The translations under genes and the position numbers were made by a program. A DNA stretch of 64,000 nt from a virus: positions 1-64,000 of IMG/VR virus record IMGVR_UViG_3300028025_003904; one strand, given 5' to 3'. How positions within the stretch are numbered: the stretch's first letter is position 1; each line of letters starts with the position of its first letter. Below, one piece after another: positions 44,009 to 54,836 of this stretch. The notes beneath the pieces are model-generated. The model had not been told where the DNA came from. It saw only the letters and a program-made list of their open reading frames with translations, and did not search any database.

Positions 44009-44737
44009 TTATCTTCCTTCTTTATTTTGTTTTTCTTTAAATTCATCATATGCATCCAATAATGCATCTACTACTGGATGTCTGTGATTTGTTAATAGAG
44101 TTTGTGAATCCATATCTTTAATCTTCTTTGCTGCGGTTACTAAAAACTTAAATCCACTTTCTCCTTTATATTTTAAATCTACTTGTTGTGAATCACCACA
44201 AACAACCATCTTACTTCTTAAACCCAAACGAGATGTAATCATTTCCATCTGGTCGTTTGTGCAATTCTGTGCTTCATCTACAATAATAAAACTATCCAAA
44301 AATGTTCTACCTCTCATAAATGCCAAAGGTACAATTTCTACTTGTCCATTTTGTAATATTTTATCAATTTTTTCTTTATTATATAATTGATAAAAGTTTG
44401 AATAAACGGGTTGCATCCAGGGTTCCATCTTTTCTCTCAAATCACCTGGTAAAAAACCAATCTCTTCTTTACTTACGGTAGGACGAGTGATAATTATTTT
44501 AGTTACAGTTTTCTTAAATAACATATCCAATGCTACTTGGCAAGCAAGTAGTGTTTTACCACTACCTGCTTTACCACTTAATATTGTAATTGCGTTGTTT
44601 AGGATTTTCTCCTTTGCTTCTTTTTGTTCATCGTTTAATTGAACCTGAAATTTAATTGGTCCTTTCGGCTTCTCAATAATTTCTTCTTTTATCTTTTCGG
44701 TCAATTCTTTGTTTTTATTTGATACATTCTCACCCAT
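44009..44737 (-). CDS. phoH: PhoH-family protein
   Basis: GKAGSGKT, GFLPGD, FMRGRTF, DEAQN, GD..Q.D; likely start MGENV at 44737. Confidence 0.93.
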   Translation of the reverse strand: MGENVSNKNKELTEKIKEEIIEKPKGPIKFQVQLNDEQKEAKEKILNNAITILSGKAGSGKTLLACQVALDMLFKKTVTKIIITRPTVSKEEIGFLPGDLREKMEPWMQPVYSNFYQLYNKEKIDKILQNGQVEIVPLAFMRGRTFLDSFIIVDEAQNCTNDQMEMITSRLGLRSKMVVCGDSQQVDLKYKGESGFKFLVTAAKKIKDMDSQTLLTNHRHPVVDALLDAYDEFKEKQNKEGR

Positions 44738-44753
44738 AACACTATTGTTTATT

Positions 44754-46535
44754 TTATCCTTCACACGAAACACAATCAGGGTCCATTGCTCTTGCCGCAA
44801 TATCTCCTCTCAATACACTTTCAGTTCTCATATAGTATAAAGTTTTTACACCTTCTTTCCATGCTTCCATAGTTACCTGATTAATCCACTTTGGTTCTGC
44901 GGTTGCAGGAAATGCTAAATTAAGAGAAACTGCTTGGTCTATATATTGTTGTCTAACACCAGCTTGCTTTACTAAATCTAATTGGTTTATTTCTTTAAAT
45001 GTTTTGAATACATCTTTAACCGAACTACATTTGTGCATATGGTCTTCCGCAGTTACTTCGGTACATTGAACTAACTTACCTTCAAAGAAACACCACTCAT
45101 CCAAGAAATCTAAATCTTGTACCGAGCCGCCATCTGCAAGGATTTTATCCCATACCTCTTTGGTGTTTTTGGTCATCTTTCTTAACACTCTTTCTAACTC
45201 TGGGTTCTTACGAATGAATGTTCCTTTTGATGTTTGCTCTGTAAATACATTTGCTGCCCAAGGTTCAATACCACTACTTACATTACCACTCAATTTAGAG
45301 TTTGATACTGTTGGTGCTACTGCTCTCAAATGTGTATTACGGAAACCAGTATCTCTACACCACAATGGTTCTCCATACTCTGCTCCCATATCTCTACTCG
45401 CTCTTTCACTTTCTATTTTCATTTGAGAGAAAATCTTACGAGTTTCGAATTGTGCTGGCAAACCTTCAAATGGAATACCCTTTTGTTGTAAGTATGTATG
45501 CCATCCTAAAACACCCAACCCCAATGCTCTTCCTTTTACTGCTGAACGAACTGAATTATCAAATCCAACTAAACCTTTAGCTCTTTGTATAAACTCTTCT
45601 AATACACCATCTAAAAACATTGTAGCAGTATATACTAAATCAGTATCTTTCCACTCATCGTATTTAGCAAGATTAAGAGATGATAAACAACATACAAATG
45701 AATGTGATTCATCAGTATGTAATACAATCTCACTACAAATGTTTGTCATATACACCTTCAAACCATTCTTTTTATATGCTTCTGGGTTTTGTTTGTTTAC
45801 ATTACCCTTATACATAATGTATGGTTCACCAGTTGCTTTTCTTTTTTGTAATAACTTACCCCATTTTCTACGAGCTTCGGTTTCGCCATCCTGCAACTTA
45901 CGCATAAACTTATCACCCACTACTGCACATTGGTGCATATTTAGTGATTGTCTATTAACATCTCCTTTTGGTTCTCTAATCTCCAACCAATCCTCAAAAT
46001 CTTTATGTTCGATGTTCATATTTACAGATGCCGCACCTCTACGAACTGAACCTTGATTTGTAGCAAGTATAGTTGAATCATAAATCTTACAGAATGGAAC
46101 TACACCATCCGATGTACCATTACCAGTAATCTTTGCACCAGCTGGTCTGATTTGGTTTATACCAATACCAACACCACCACCATGCTTTGCTAACAACATT
46201 AATTCTAAATTCTTTGAACCAATCTCATAGATACTATCACCTACATCAATACCAAAACAAGAGATTGGTAATCCCCTATCTGTACCTGTGTTAGATAATA
46301 CAGGTGTTGCTAAACATAACCACCCTTTCCAAATGTAATCAAAAAACTTTGTAGCTAATTGAGGTTTACCCAATCGTTGTGCTACCTTTGTAGATACACG
46401 CCAATACGCATCCTTTGGTTTCTCACCATCTTGTAAGTAACCTTTTGATATAGTCTTTACATATATCTCATTATTTCCCCATTGTGGGAAGTCTACATCA
46501 ACTTCCCAACCAAATTCTTCTCCGTAATTTCTCAT
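44754..46535 (-). CDS. nrdA: Class I ribonucleotide reductase alpha subunit (no ATP cone)
   Basis: LPISCF, GGGVG, TNICSE, VCCLSS, APT, KTLYY, C-terminal CVSCEG. Confidence 0.94.
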   Translation of the reverse strand: MRNYGEEFGWEVDVDFPQWGNNEIYVKTISKGYLQDGEKPKDAYWRVSTKVAQRLGKPQLATKFFDYIWKGWLCLATPVLSNTGTDRGLPISCFGIDVGDSIYEIGSKNLELMLLAKHGGGVGIGINQIRPAGAKITGNGTSDGVVPFCKIYDSTILATNQGSVRRGAASVNMNIEHKDFEDWLEIREPKGDVNRQSLNMHQCAVVGDKFMRKLQDGETEARRKWGKLLQKRKATGEPYIMYKGNVNKQNPEAYKKNGLKVYMTNICSEIVLHTDESHSFVCCLSSLNLAKYDEWKDTDLVYTATMFLDGVLEEFIQRAKGLVGFDNSVRSAVKGRALGLGVLGWHTYLQQKGIPFEGLPAQFETRKIFSQMKIESERASRDMGAEYGEPLWCRDTGFRNTHLRAVAPTVSNSKLSGNVSSGIEPWAANVFTEQTSKGTFIRKNPELERVLRKMTKNTKEVWDKILADGGSVQDLDFLDEWCFFEGKLVQCTEVTAEDHMHKCSSVKDVFKTFKEINQLDLVKQAGVRQQYIDQAVSLNLAFPATAEPKWINQVTMEAWKEGVKTLYYMRTESVLRGDIAARAMDPDCVSCEG

Positions 46536-46542
46536 AATTTAA

Positions 46543-47556
46543 TTAAAATATATCTCCCCAATCTTCGCCTTCACCTGCTTTTGAATAATCCGTTGGTCTC
46601 ATTGCAAAAAAATCAGTATGTGTTACTCCACCTGTAAGATGGTAGAACCAATCTAATTCACTTGCTTTCTTTTCATTGTATTGAAAATAATCATCTCCAC
46701 CCACGAATGGATTGTAACCTAATTCTCCTAACTTTTCATTGATTCGTTTTGTAATGAAGTGTTTTAAATCATCTTTTTTAAGATTTTCTAAATCACCTCT
46801 TTCAAATATCTTATCAATATACTTATGTTCCAAACCTTGCATTATATGTGCTGCTTCGTATATAGAAGATTTTGCTTCTTCTAACAATTCTGGGAACTCA
46901 TCACACATATGTCTGAATAATTGACAACCCATCTTTGAGTGTAGGGATTCATCTCTAACACTCCACTTCATTTGTTGTCCAATTCCTTTTAATAAGTTTC
47001 TCATTTGGAATGAATACAATACAGCGAATGATGAATACAATGCTACACCTTCCGCAAATGCTGAAAAGATTGCTAATGAACGTGCTACCTCCTTTCTTGC
47101 AATTGGGTTTGTTCTTATATCTTCTGGTGTCCAATCTGCCGTAGTTTGTGTTAGCATCTCAAATCTTGCTCTCATTGCATCATCGTGTAAGAATCCTTCA
47201 AAGTCATCTAACCCCAATGTTTCATTTAAGTAAGAATATGCTACTGCGTGGATTGTTTCTTGTGAACCAAACAACATAGCCATTTGTCTTATTTCATGCT
47301 TTGGAAACCATTTAGTAACCATTCCTGTCCAATAATCGGAAACTGCACATTCTGTTTGAGCAAAGCCCAAAAGAATGTTTCCAACTAAATTCTTTTCAGC
47401 AGGTGTAAGATTTTCGTTCCAATCTTTAACATCACCTTGCATCGGTATTTCCGTATGTAACCAAAACGCTTGAGCTTGTAGTAACCAACCTTCCGTATAA
47501 TAAACAGGGTATTCAAATGGTTTATATGCTACCCTTTCTGTAAATAATTTGCTCAT
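46543..47556 (-). CDS. nrdB: Class I ribonucleotide reductase beta subunit
   Basis: ETIHAVAYS, EGVALYSSF, RDESLH, DFF. Confidence 0.94.
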   Translation of the reverse strand: MSKLFTERVAYKPFEYPVYYTEGWLLQAQAFWLHTEIPMQGDVKDWNENLTPAEKNLVGNILLGFAQTECAVSDYWTGMVTKWFPKHEIRQMAMLFGSQETIHAVAYSYLNETLGLDDFEGFLHDDAMRARFEMLTQTTADWTPEDIRTNPIARKEVARSLAIFSAFAEGVALYSSFAVLYSFQMRNLLKGIGQQMKWSVRDESLHSKMGCQLFRHMCDEFPELLEEAKSSIYEAAHIMQGLEHKYIDKIFERGDLENLKKDDLKHFITKRINEKLGELGYNPFVGGDDYFQYNEKKASELDWFYHLTGGVTHTDFFAMRPTDYSKAGEGEDWGDIF

Positions 47557-47667
47557 AGTTTTTTATCCAATTTTAATTTTAGGTATAGATAAGTATTGTA
47601 TATATCCCCTTTTCAACCCAACTTTTCATAGGATTTTTCTATGTAAGTGTGGTAGTATTTTAGGATA

Positions 47668-49035
47668 TTATCCCATATCAGTTGGCATCGTTTCCAAGTA
47701 CTTTTTGTGTAATAATTTCTTTTCAATCTGAACTCCGTTATTACTTTCTTTGGTTGCCATAATACCATTTGATGATTGAGCATCGTATATTTCTATCTCA
47801 CCTTTCATCGTATCCATCTTTGTTGGGAACGTTAAACCATCCGGTCCGAATCGGTTTTTCATTACGTGAACCCTTGCAGTATTTGCCAACTTATCTTTAT
47901 CCTTACGCGATACACTCATAATAAAATCAGCTGTCATTACTTTAGCGTAACTATCTGCAATTGAATCTGCGTGAATTACTTCATCTTCCAATGCACCTCT
48001 ATTGGTTTGTGATGCTGTCCAAATTGGAACACCAATTTCTCCACCCATTCCGCGTAGTTCCTCATACACTCCACCTAACTCTGCATATAAACCATCTCGT
48101 TTATTTACAGGTTTAAGTAAATCGGCATAATCTACTATAATAAGATGTGGAATAAATCCTTGTGCTCTTAATTTATCAATATGGGATTTCATAGTTTTTA
48201 CACTAGCTCCCCTATTTGGATAATTTTTAATCATCAAACGAGCAGAATAACCTTTTAGTTTTCTTTGGATTTCTTCTTTGTTGTTCTTTAATTCTGCTAA
48301 AGGAATACCTGTATAAATTGTATCGTATCTACAACCTACATAGTTTTCACTCAACTCCAAACTATAATGTAATACGTTGAATCCCCTTGCTACCGCATCC
48401 GCACCCAATTTACATAACAACCAAGTCTTACCAATACCTGATGGTGCTACTACAACACCCAACTCACCAGGTCCTAAACCACCATCCATCAACTCATTGA
48501 TTGGTTTCCAACCAGTAGGTACTGAATTTCTCTTTACATCTTCTAAACGATATAGAATATCTAAAAAGTAATCATGTCCTAAATTGTTTTCTAAACCAGC
48601 TCTTAATGCATCCTGAATGATTGTTCCTACCTCATCATACTTACCACTTTGTAATAAGTCTACGGATTGGAAAATTGCAGATTTAAGTTTCTGTCTTTTA
48701 CAGAATTGTAGGTACTCTTGTTTAATAAAATCGGAATCAGGTGAACCAAATAAATCATAGACTTGTTGTAATCTGTCTACAATCATTTTCTTCTGCGCAT
48801 CTGTTTCTATTGCACTCAATTTAACTTTGAATACATCTAATGTAGGTGCAGCATTGCTTGTTTGATTATAGGATACAATTTCACCAACTATCCATCTATC
48901 CGCTTCTAACTCAAAAAAATCTTTTTTGGTTATATCTGAAACTTGATTTAAAAAAGGTTGGGATTCCAATAATGATGCAACTACTTTAGCTTGGTACGAT
49001 TGTCCGAACTTTTGTAGATTATCTATTGCTTCCAT
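47668..49035 (-). CDS. Replicative DnaB-like helicase (T4 gp41-like)
   Basis: APSGIGKT, SLEL, IVDYADL, TASQTNR, KNRFG. Confidence 0.92.
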   Translation of the reverse strand: MEAIDNLQKFGQSYQAKVVASLLESQPFLNQVSDITKKDFFELEADRWIVGEIVSYNQTSNAAPTLDVFKVKLSAIETDAQKKMIVDRLQQVYDLFGSPDSDFIKQEYLQFCKRQKLKSAIFQSVDLLQSGKYDEVGTIIQDALRAGLENNLGHDYFLDILYRLEDVKRNSVPTGWKPINELMDGGLGPGELGVVVAPSGIGKTWLLCKLGADAVARGFNVLHYSLELSENYVGCRYDTIYTGIPLAELKNNKEEIQRKLKGYSARLMIKNYPNRGASVKTMKSHIDKLRAQGFIPHLIIVDYADLLKPVNKRDGLYAELGGVYEELRGMGGEIGVPIWTASQTNRGALEDEVIHADSIADSYAKVMTADFIMSVSRKDKDKLANTARVHVMKNRFGPDGLTFPTKMDTMKGEIEIYDAQSSNGIMATKESNNGVQIEKKLLHKKYLETMPTDMG

Positions 49036-49247
49036 TATTTTTTATCCTTCTTCTTTCTAGCTAATCTTTTTTCTTCAATTGATAAATTTACATCTACCTC
49101 AACTTTTGGTTTGTCCTCTTTCTTTGGACGTAGGGCTTTCCACTCTGATTTGGGAACGAACACCCAACCGTAATTTGCTACCTTTTGGTCAGCTTCTGAT
49201 TCTACTACTCTTCGGATTTCTCCTTCTTTACTTTTAATGCACTTCAT
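49035..49247 (-). CDS. Small basic hypothetical protein
   Basis: 70 aa, translationally coupled to the helicase. Confidence 0.7.
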   Translation of the reverse strand: MKCIKSKEGEIRRVVESEADQKVANYGWVFVPKSEWKALRPKKEDKPKVEVDVNLSIEEKRLARKKKDKK

Positions 49248-49271
49248 AGATTTTATCTCCGTGTTTAATTG

Positions 49272-50327
49272 TTATTTACTGTATTTACTTATTGTTCCGA
49301 AAGTTTTAACCACCCAGCTATTTACATCACCAAGTGCATCAATTACTTTCATACTCATTGCCTTTTTAATAAAAGATAGTTTATCCAATTTGGATACATT
49401 CTCTTGATATTTGGCGTTAATCTTTATTCTTGTATTAGATGATATTTCAGGATTTTCCAATTGCATTAATCTGAAATTTCTTTCTACGATTGGTTTTCCA
49501 TCTAAAATATCTTTGTAAATTTTAGGTCCTTTTCCAGCACCTCTTTCTTCACATAACTCATATAGTTTATCAAACTCTACCCTCTCCGCTTCCACCACTT
49601 CCGGAAACCTTTTAATAATTGTTTTAAGACCACACCCACTAATACCATTGATATTATCAGAGGTGTCGCCATCAAGACAGCGATATACCATAAAATTGTT
49701 GGGATGGATGCCAAACTCCTCAACAACCTTTTGCTCCGTATATAATTTCTTTTTGCTCGGTGAGTAAACTTCAACATTTGATTTAACTAATTGTAAAAAA
49801 TCTTTATCAGATGACATTACTATTGCACCATCATCTTCCGTAACCAATTGCGATGCAATATATCCAATTACATCATCTGCTTCTATACTATCAAACAACA
49901 TAATGTCAACAGGAAGATATTCAAGCAATTCTATTAAGCCAATCATTTGGCGTTTCATAGAAACACTTTCATCTTCCTTTGACATCATATCTTCATATTG
50001 ACGATTTACTCTAAAACGATTACTACCTCTATCAGCTTTGTATCCACTAAATATCTTTTTACGGCTGTCCGAACCACCTTTACCATCAAATACAATGATA
50101 CAACGAGTTGCTTTGTATTCTCTGATTGCATACCCTATACTTTTTAGGAAGCCAGTTATACCACCGATGTGGTCACCATTATCATCCATTGTGGGATTTA
50201 CCGTCCATGCTCTGATAAAAGTATTTAATCCATCTACTAATAGAACTTTTGAGTTTAAGGATTGTTCTTTTACTTTCGTATGCTCATCACTAACCTCATC
50301 TAATAACCTTTTATATAACTCGTTCAT
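49272..50327 (-). CDS. 5'-3' flap exonuclease / T4 RNase H-like
   Basis: LVDG.N, FDG, YKA.R, EADD, SSDKDFLQL, GD.SDNI.G..G.G.KT. Confidence 0.92.
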   Translation of the reverse strand: MNELYKRLLDEVSDEHTKVKEQSLNSKVLLVDGLNTFIRAWTVNPTMDDNGDHIGGITGFLKSIGYAIREYKATRCIIVFDGKGGSDSRKKIFSGYKADRGSNRFRVNRQYEDMMSKEDESVSMKRQMIGLIELLEYLPVDIMLFDSIEADDVIGYIASQLVTEDDGAIVMSSDKDFLQLVKSNVEVYSPSKKKLYTEQKVVEEFGIHPNNFMVYRCLDGDTSDNINGISGCGLKTIIKRFPEVVEAERVEFDKLYELCEERGAGKGPKIYKDILDGKPIVERNFRLMQLENPEISSNTRIKINAKYQENVSKLDKLSFIKKAMSMKVIDALGDVNSWVVKTFGTISKYSK

Positions 50328-50335
50328 ATGTTTGT

Positions 50336-51463
50336 TTATTCATCACTTAATACACTCGCATCTACTACCAGATTATCTGTATCTAATGAATCCTTTTTGT
50401 ATTGTAGAATAGTAAATTCACAAATTCGTTTATAGATTTGTTCTTTTACCGATGGATTATTTTCTAACATTTCTTGTAACTCTTTGGCTTGGAACTTAAA
50501 TTCTTCACCAGTTTCAGTATCAACATATGTGTACCACGCTCCACCTTGCTTAACAAAGTTATAATCTTTCATTGCTCCCAACCATGCTCCGTAGTTATCA
50601 ATACCTCTATCAAAGAAAATATCAAAATCCGCTGAACGTAATGGTGGTCCTAATCTATTCTTAATTACATTGGCTCTTACTTTGATACCAACGATTCTCT
50701 CATTACCTTTCTCATCTTTTGCTTTGATTTTACCAGTTGATGCTAATCTTAACCGAACCGAAGCATGGAAAGCAATTGCTTTACCACCTGATGTAGTCCA
50801 AGGGTCTGAAAATGCCATTGCGTTCATCTTTTGGCGTAATTGGTTTGTGAATACTAATGTAATCTTTTGTCTACCAATCACATTTGTGATTTTACGCATT
50901 GCCTTTGAAATGATGATTGCTTTATCAGTTGCGTATCCATCCTTATCGTAATCAGCTTCCAGCTCTCTCTTTGTAGATGCTGCGGCAACTGAATCAACTA
51001 CGATAGTTACTAACTTATCCTTATCACCTTTTCTTACTTGCTCAATGATTGTATCAATTGTTTCAAATATATCCTCTACGGTATCAGCCGTAATATATAA
51101 TAGTTTGGATACATCTACACCAATCGCATCAAAGAACTCTCTACTTACCGCAGTTTCGGTATCAATCAATACTGCAACACCACCTTGCTTTTGCGTTTCT
51201 GCTAACACGTGTGCCGATAATAACGATTTACCACTCTGCTCTAATCCAGTAATTTCCGTAATTCTACCAATTGGAAAACCTCCAAATGGTCTATTGGAAA
51301 CTGCAACATCCAACATAGTTGCCCCAGAGGACACCCACCCCGTTATGTTGGTGGGTGCATCCTCCGAGTCATCATCTAAAAAGAAAGCAACCTTTTGGTC
51401 TTTGTATTTCTTATTTAGATTATCGGCAATTTGTTGTGCTAAATCCGCTTGAACTTTTGCCAT
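50336..51463 (-). CDS. recA: RecA/UvsX recombinase
   Basis: GRITEI.GLEQSGKS, IDTE, VVDSVAA, NQLR, GG.A..F.ASVRL; AAGGAG SD. Confidence 0.93.
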   Translation of the reverse strand: MAKVQADLAQQIADNLNKKYKDQKVAFFLDDDSEDAPTNITGWVSSGATMLDVAVSNRPFGGFPIGRITEITGLEQSGKSLLSAHVLAETQKQGGVAVLIDTETAVSREFFDAIGVDVSKLLYITADTVEDIFETIDTIIEQVRKGDKDKLVTIVVDSVAAASTKRELEADYDKDGYATDKAIIISKAMRKITNVIGRQKITLVFTNQLRQKMNAMAFSDPWTTSGGKAIAFHASVRLRLASTGKIKAKDEKGNERIVGIKVRANVIKNRLGPPLRSADFDIFFDRGIDNYGAWLGAMKDYNFVKQGGAWYTYVDTETGEEFKFQAKELQEMLENNPSVKEQIYKRICEFTILQYKKDSLDTDNLVVDASVLSDE

Positions 51464-51481
51464 TGTAACTCCTTTTTATTT

Positions 51482-52342
51482 TTATGAATTGAATAAATCT
51501 TCAAATGCCGATGCTACATCAACCTTTGTAGAAGCAGGTTTTTCTTCTGCTACATCCCAAGGTAACTCTGTAATTGGCTCTGTCGATTTAGGTACTGAAA
51601 CAGGTTGAGGTACTACTTGCTCCTGAACCGATTGTGGTTTAGGTGCTAATGTTTCAGATGCAACCGATGGTGCAGGTGATTCTTCATCCTCATGTTGTGC
51701 AGTTGGGTTTAACCAATTTTCTAAAACACCTTTCAATTCAGCGTAAGATAACTCACTATAAATGTCAGTAATTTCTGTCTGCTCATTTAATAATTTGTTT
51801 TCTAACTCTGCGTTTTCGGTTAATTTAGTTACATTTGGTTTTACTCTGATACGAGTCTCTGGATATGTTTTACCAGCTTCTTCTACAATTTCGATTACCA
51901 CATCACGACCTTCGTTCTCATCGGTAATATCACCATAATCAGGGTCTGCAATGATTGCAAGAATCTCTTGATATACAGTTTTACCAAATCCCCAAAACTT
52001 AACTCCTTCGTTTTCTTGTCCACGAATAACCACAGGTGCGAATGTACGCAATTTCGGCTCCATCTTCTTACCTGCTTTCCAATTTTCAGTATCACCTAAT
52101 CGTTTTAACTTTTCGGCAAACTCTAAAATCGGGTCAGGTCTTCCAAAAGAAGCTGGTGATAAATAAGTTTTGTTGTTAATGTTGTAATGAAATAAAAGTT
52201 CAATAAAAGGATTTTGTTTGTTGAACTTATAAGGAACTATGCGTAATACATATTTTCCTGGTTTTGGTTTCCAAAGAGCATCTGTCTTTTTGGATGTGTT
52301 TTGCAACGAATTGAGACGCTGCTTGATTGCACTAATGTCCAT
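51482..52342 (-). CDS. Single-stranded DNA-binding protein (gp32-like)
   Basis: WKP, RIVP, WGFGKTVY, YGDITD..GRD; acidic C-terminus AFEDLF; upstream of recA. Confidence 0.8.
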   Translation of the reverse strand: MDISAIKQRLNSLQNTSKKTDALWKPKPGKYVLRIVPYKFNKQNPFIELLFHYNINNKTYLSPASFGRPDPILEFAEKLKRLGDTENWKAGKKMEPKLRTFAPVVIRGQENEGVKFWGFGKTVYQEILAIIADPDYGDITDENEGRDVVIEIVEEAGKTYPETRIRVKPNVTKLTENAELENKLLNEQTEITDIYSELSYAELKGVLENWLNPTAQHEDEESPAPSVASETLAPKPQSVQEQVVPQPVSVPKSTEPITELPWDVAEEKPASTKVDVASAFEDLFNS

Positions 52343-52473
52343 AATGTACGTTTTTGTTTTTAAGTTTTATTTATTTTAGATTTTAAGATTATCGCGATAA
52401 ATCTTACACGTATAAATATCGGATTCTTAAAATATTGAAACAAAGATACGAATATTTTTTCGTATCTCCAAAA

Positions 52474-54009
52474 TTAATTGAGGATAATTTTATTTGTTTT
52501 AATTAACTCAATTAAATCTTCATGAGAATATGCAAGTGTTTCTGCATAGTTTATATCATTATCGTATTTCATAAACCAATTTGCCAATTTATTATCTAAA
52601 TCGTATTCTTCATTTTCACGTTTATATACTGATTTATCAATTATCCCATTACCAGTTGCAACTAAAAACCAACTATAATCTTCAAATTGTGTAAACATAT
52701 TATCAGTATCCATAGTATTTGGTGTTCTCCGTTTCCAACTATCTAATCTACGTTTCATTTTTGGAGATAAAGTAGTTGTTTTTTGGTAATCTTTCCAAAA
52801 ATCAGTATCATTTCTATCGGTAAAATAATGAAATTGTAAAAAATCAGTTGTTGTTTCACAAGTATCTGAAATTAATGTGTTGTAATCATACATTTCATCT
52901 TCGTGCATATTGTGAATGTGGTCAGATGATAAATTCCGTAATTGTGTTATTATTAACCAAATAGATGTTGCTTCAATTGGTTCGGTAAAAGTAGAACTTA
53001 ATCCAATTGCTATACAATTTTTAACCCAAGATGTAACATATCTTCCAGCATCGAATGGTATAACTTTATTGATTTTTATTTCCTGTCCTACCATTTCTTC
53101 AACCTCTTTCTTTGCTTCTTCTACACTAATATATTTATCATCGAATACATACCCACATCCCCATCTATTTTGTAAAGGTATTTGCCACATCCAACCATAT
53201 TTCATTGCTACTGCTTTAGTATATGGTGGTAGAGTATCTGATTTTGGTAAAAAGAATGGTATTGCTTTACTTACTTTTAATTTGTCTTTATATGATTTCC
53301 ATTCTACGCCAAAGTGTTTTCCAATAAACAAACGATTAAATCCAGTACAATCAAAAACAAAATCTGTTTTAATTTCAATATCATCACATTTAATTGAACC
53401 AATACCACCATTTTCATTAGATATAATATCAGTTATTTTACCTTCTATTCTTTTTATACCACGTTCTTCGGCTTTCATTCTTAAAAATTTAGCCAATAAA
53501 CTTGCATCAAAGTGGTAACTGTAATTTGAAACAAAACTTACTTTATCATTTTCTTTTATAAATGGAGATTTATTACCATATGCTAGTTTAGAAACCAAAT
53601 TAACATCACCAATTGTTTCTTCGTTTGCAATAGCATTTATATATGCGTATTGTTGTCCATTATCTGGCAATCCAGCTACTAATGTATTTTTTGATGGTGT
53701 AAAATTATAAGGACTTAAATTAGAATCTGAAACTTTAAAGTTGTGCATATATTTTTTACCATCACCTCTCCAATTTTCAAAACTAATACCCATTTTAAAA
53801 GTAGCATTTGTATATTGTATCAGTTCATTTTCACTAATACCCAATGCATATAATATCCAAGGTAGTTGTGGAGTAGAACCTTCACCTGCTCCCAATATAC
53901 CAATATCTTCACTTTCTACAAGTGTTATATTATCTTTTGGGCATATGAGTTGTGCATATAATGCAGTCAACCATCCAGCAGTTCCACCACCAGCTACTAC
54001 TATTTCCAT
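52474..54009 (-). CDS. Flavin-dependent tryptophan-halogenase-family protein
   Basis: GGGTAGW, GAGEGS, ATFKMGI.F.NW, DCTGF, GWMWQIPL, F.EP.EAT. Confidence 0.9.
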   Translation of the reverse strand: MEIVVAGGGTAGWLTALYAQLICPKDNITLVESEDIGILGAGEGSTPQLPWILYALGISENELIQYTNATFKMGISFENWRGDGKKYMHNFKVSDSNLSPYNFTPSKNTLVAGLPDNGQQYAYINAIANEETIGDVNLVSKLAYGNKSPFIKENDKVSFVSNYSYHFDASLLAKFLRMKAEERGIKRIEGKITDIISNENGGIGSIKCDDIEIKTDFVFDCTGFNRLFIGKHFGVEWKSYKDKLKVSKAIPFFLPKSDTLPPYTKAVAMKYGWMWQIPLQNRWGCGYVFDDKYISVEEAKKEVEEMVGQEIKINKVIPFDAGRYVTSWVKNCIAIGLSSTFTEPIEATSIWLIITQLRNLSSDHIHNMHEDEMYDYNTLISDTCETTTDFLQFHYFTDRNDTDFWKDYQKTTTLSPKMKRRLDSWKRRTPNTMDTDNMFTQFEDYSWFLVATGNGIIDKSVYKRENEEYDLDNKLANWFMKYDNDINYAETLAYSHEDLIELIKTNKIILN

Positions 54010-54368
54010 TATTTACCCCATTTTTTGTTTTGTACAATCTGTGCAATGATGCCATATACTGAAAGGTCTTGGTATGTATCTGTTAAAGATTCACCTACAT
54101 TATCTTGTGCACCAATAATAATCATTTGCTTCAATCTATTGATTTTATCATTGATACGAAACCATAATCCAGTAAGAGATAGTTTTATATCACCATCACT
54201 TCTACATTCAGTTCCTACTGAAATGTTACCTGGTCCGTAGTTTGATTGTTTGCGGCAGAATAGTTCGTATTGTTCTACCATAATGCGTTTGTATTCTGCA
54301 GTAGTTTCTGGATAGTCTTTTTCCGCTTGAGCCACTATTTGTGGGTCTGTGTAATCGTTCTGTAACAT
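54009..54368 (-). CDS. DUF1599 / nucleotide-modification-associated domain protein
   Basis: K..NYG..NI, R.NDK..RL, ES..DT..DL..YGII. Confidence 0.8.
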   Translation of the reverse strand: MLQNDYTDPQIVAQAEKDYPETTAEYKRIMVEQYELFCRKQSNYGPGNISVGTECRSDGDIKLSLTGLWFRINDKINRLKQMIIIGAQDNVGESLTDTYQDLSVYGIIAQIVQNKKWGK

Positions 54369-54382
54369 ATTTTATTTTGGTT

Positions 54383-54796
54383 TTAATTAATTTGCAATCC
54401 TTCAATCTCAATCACATCAAATACTCTCGTTGTTATTTTTCTAACTCCTTCCGCATTTGTAAGTAATATACAATTTCTATACTCTTCCCAATCTACCTCA
54501 TACTTTTCATCCAACATACCACCCGTCTTTTCCATTATTAATTGGTTTAGAGCGTTGATTGTATATAAGGTATTGGTTTGTTTTTTTCTATGTACTAAAA
54601 TAGTCTTTAATTCGCTTTCTGGATGCTGTCCTTCCACAACTACATTATAAGTTACAAACAAATCGTTAGGGACGTTTTTGTTCTGCAATACATAAATGTA
54701 GTTATATGCTAATTTATAACTTTTTTTTATAAAATCCAAATTATTCTCAATATCTTTTTTAGTTGAGAATGTACATAGTAACTGCGTCTTTATCAT
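54383..54796 (-). CDS. Conserved large-phage hypothetical protein
   Basis: TQLLCTF, HRKKQTNTLYTINALN. Confidence 0.8.
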   Translation of the reverse strand: MIKTQLLCTFSTKKDIENNLDFIKKSYKLAYNYIYVLQNKNVPNDLFVTYNVVVEGQHPESELKTILVHRKKQTNTLYTINALNQLIMEKTGGMLDEKYEVDWEEYRNCILLTNAEGVRKITTRVFDVIEIEGLQIN

Positions 54797-54836
54797 ATCT
54801 TAATTTTATACTCCCTATAAGTATAATAAAAACAGA

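Noticed and set aside
21895-51463. Inteins or introns in polB, nrdA, nrdB, helicase or recA
   Set aside because: Lengths are normal, frames are continuous, and no splicing motifs were seen.
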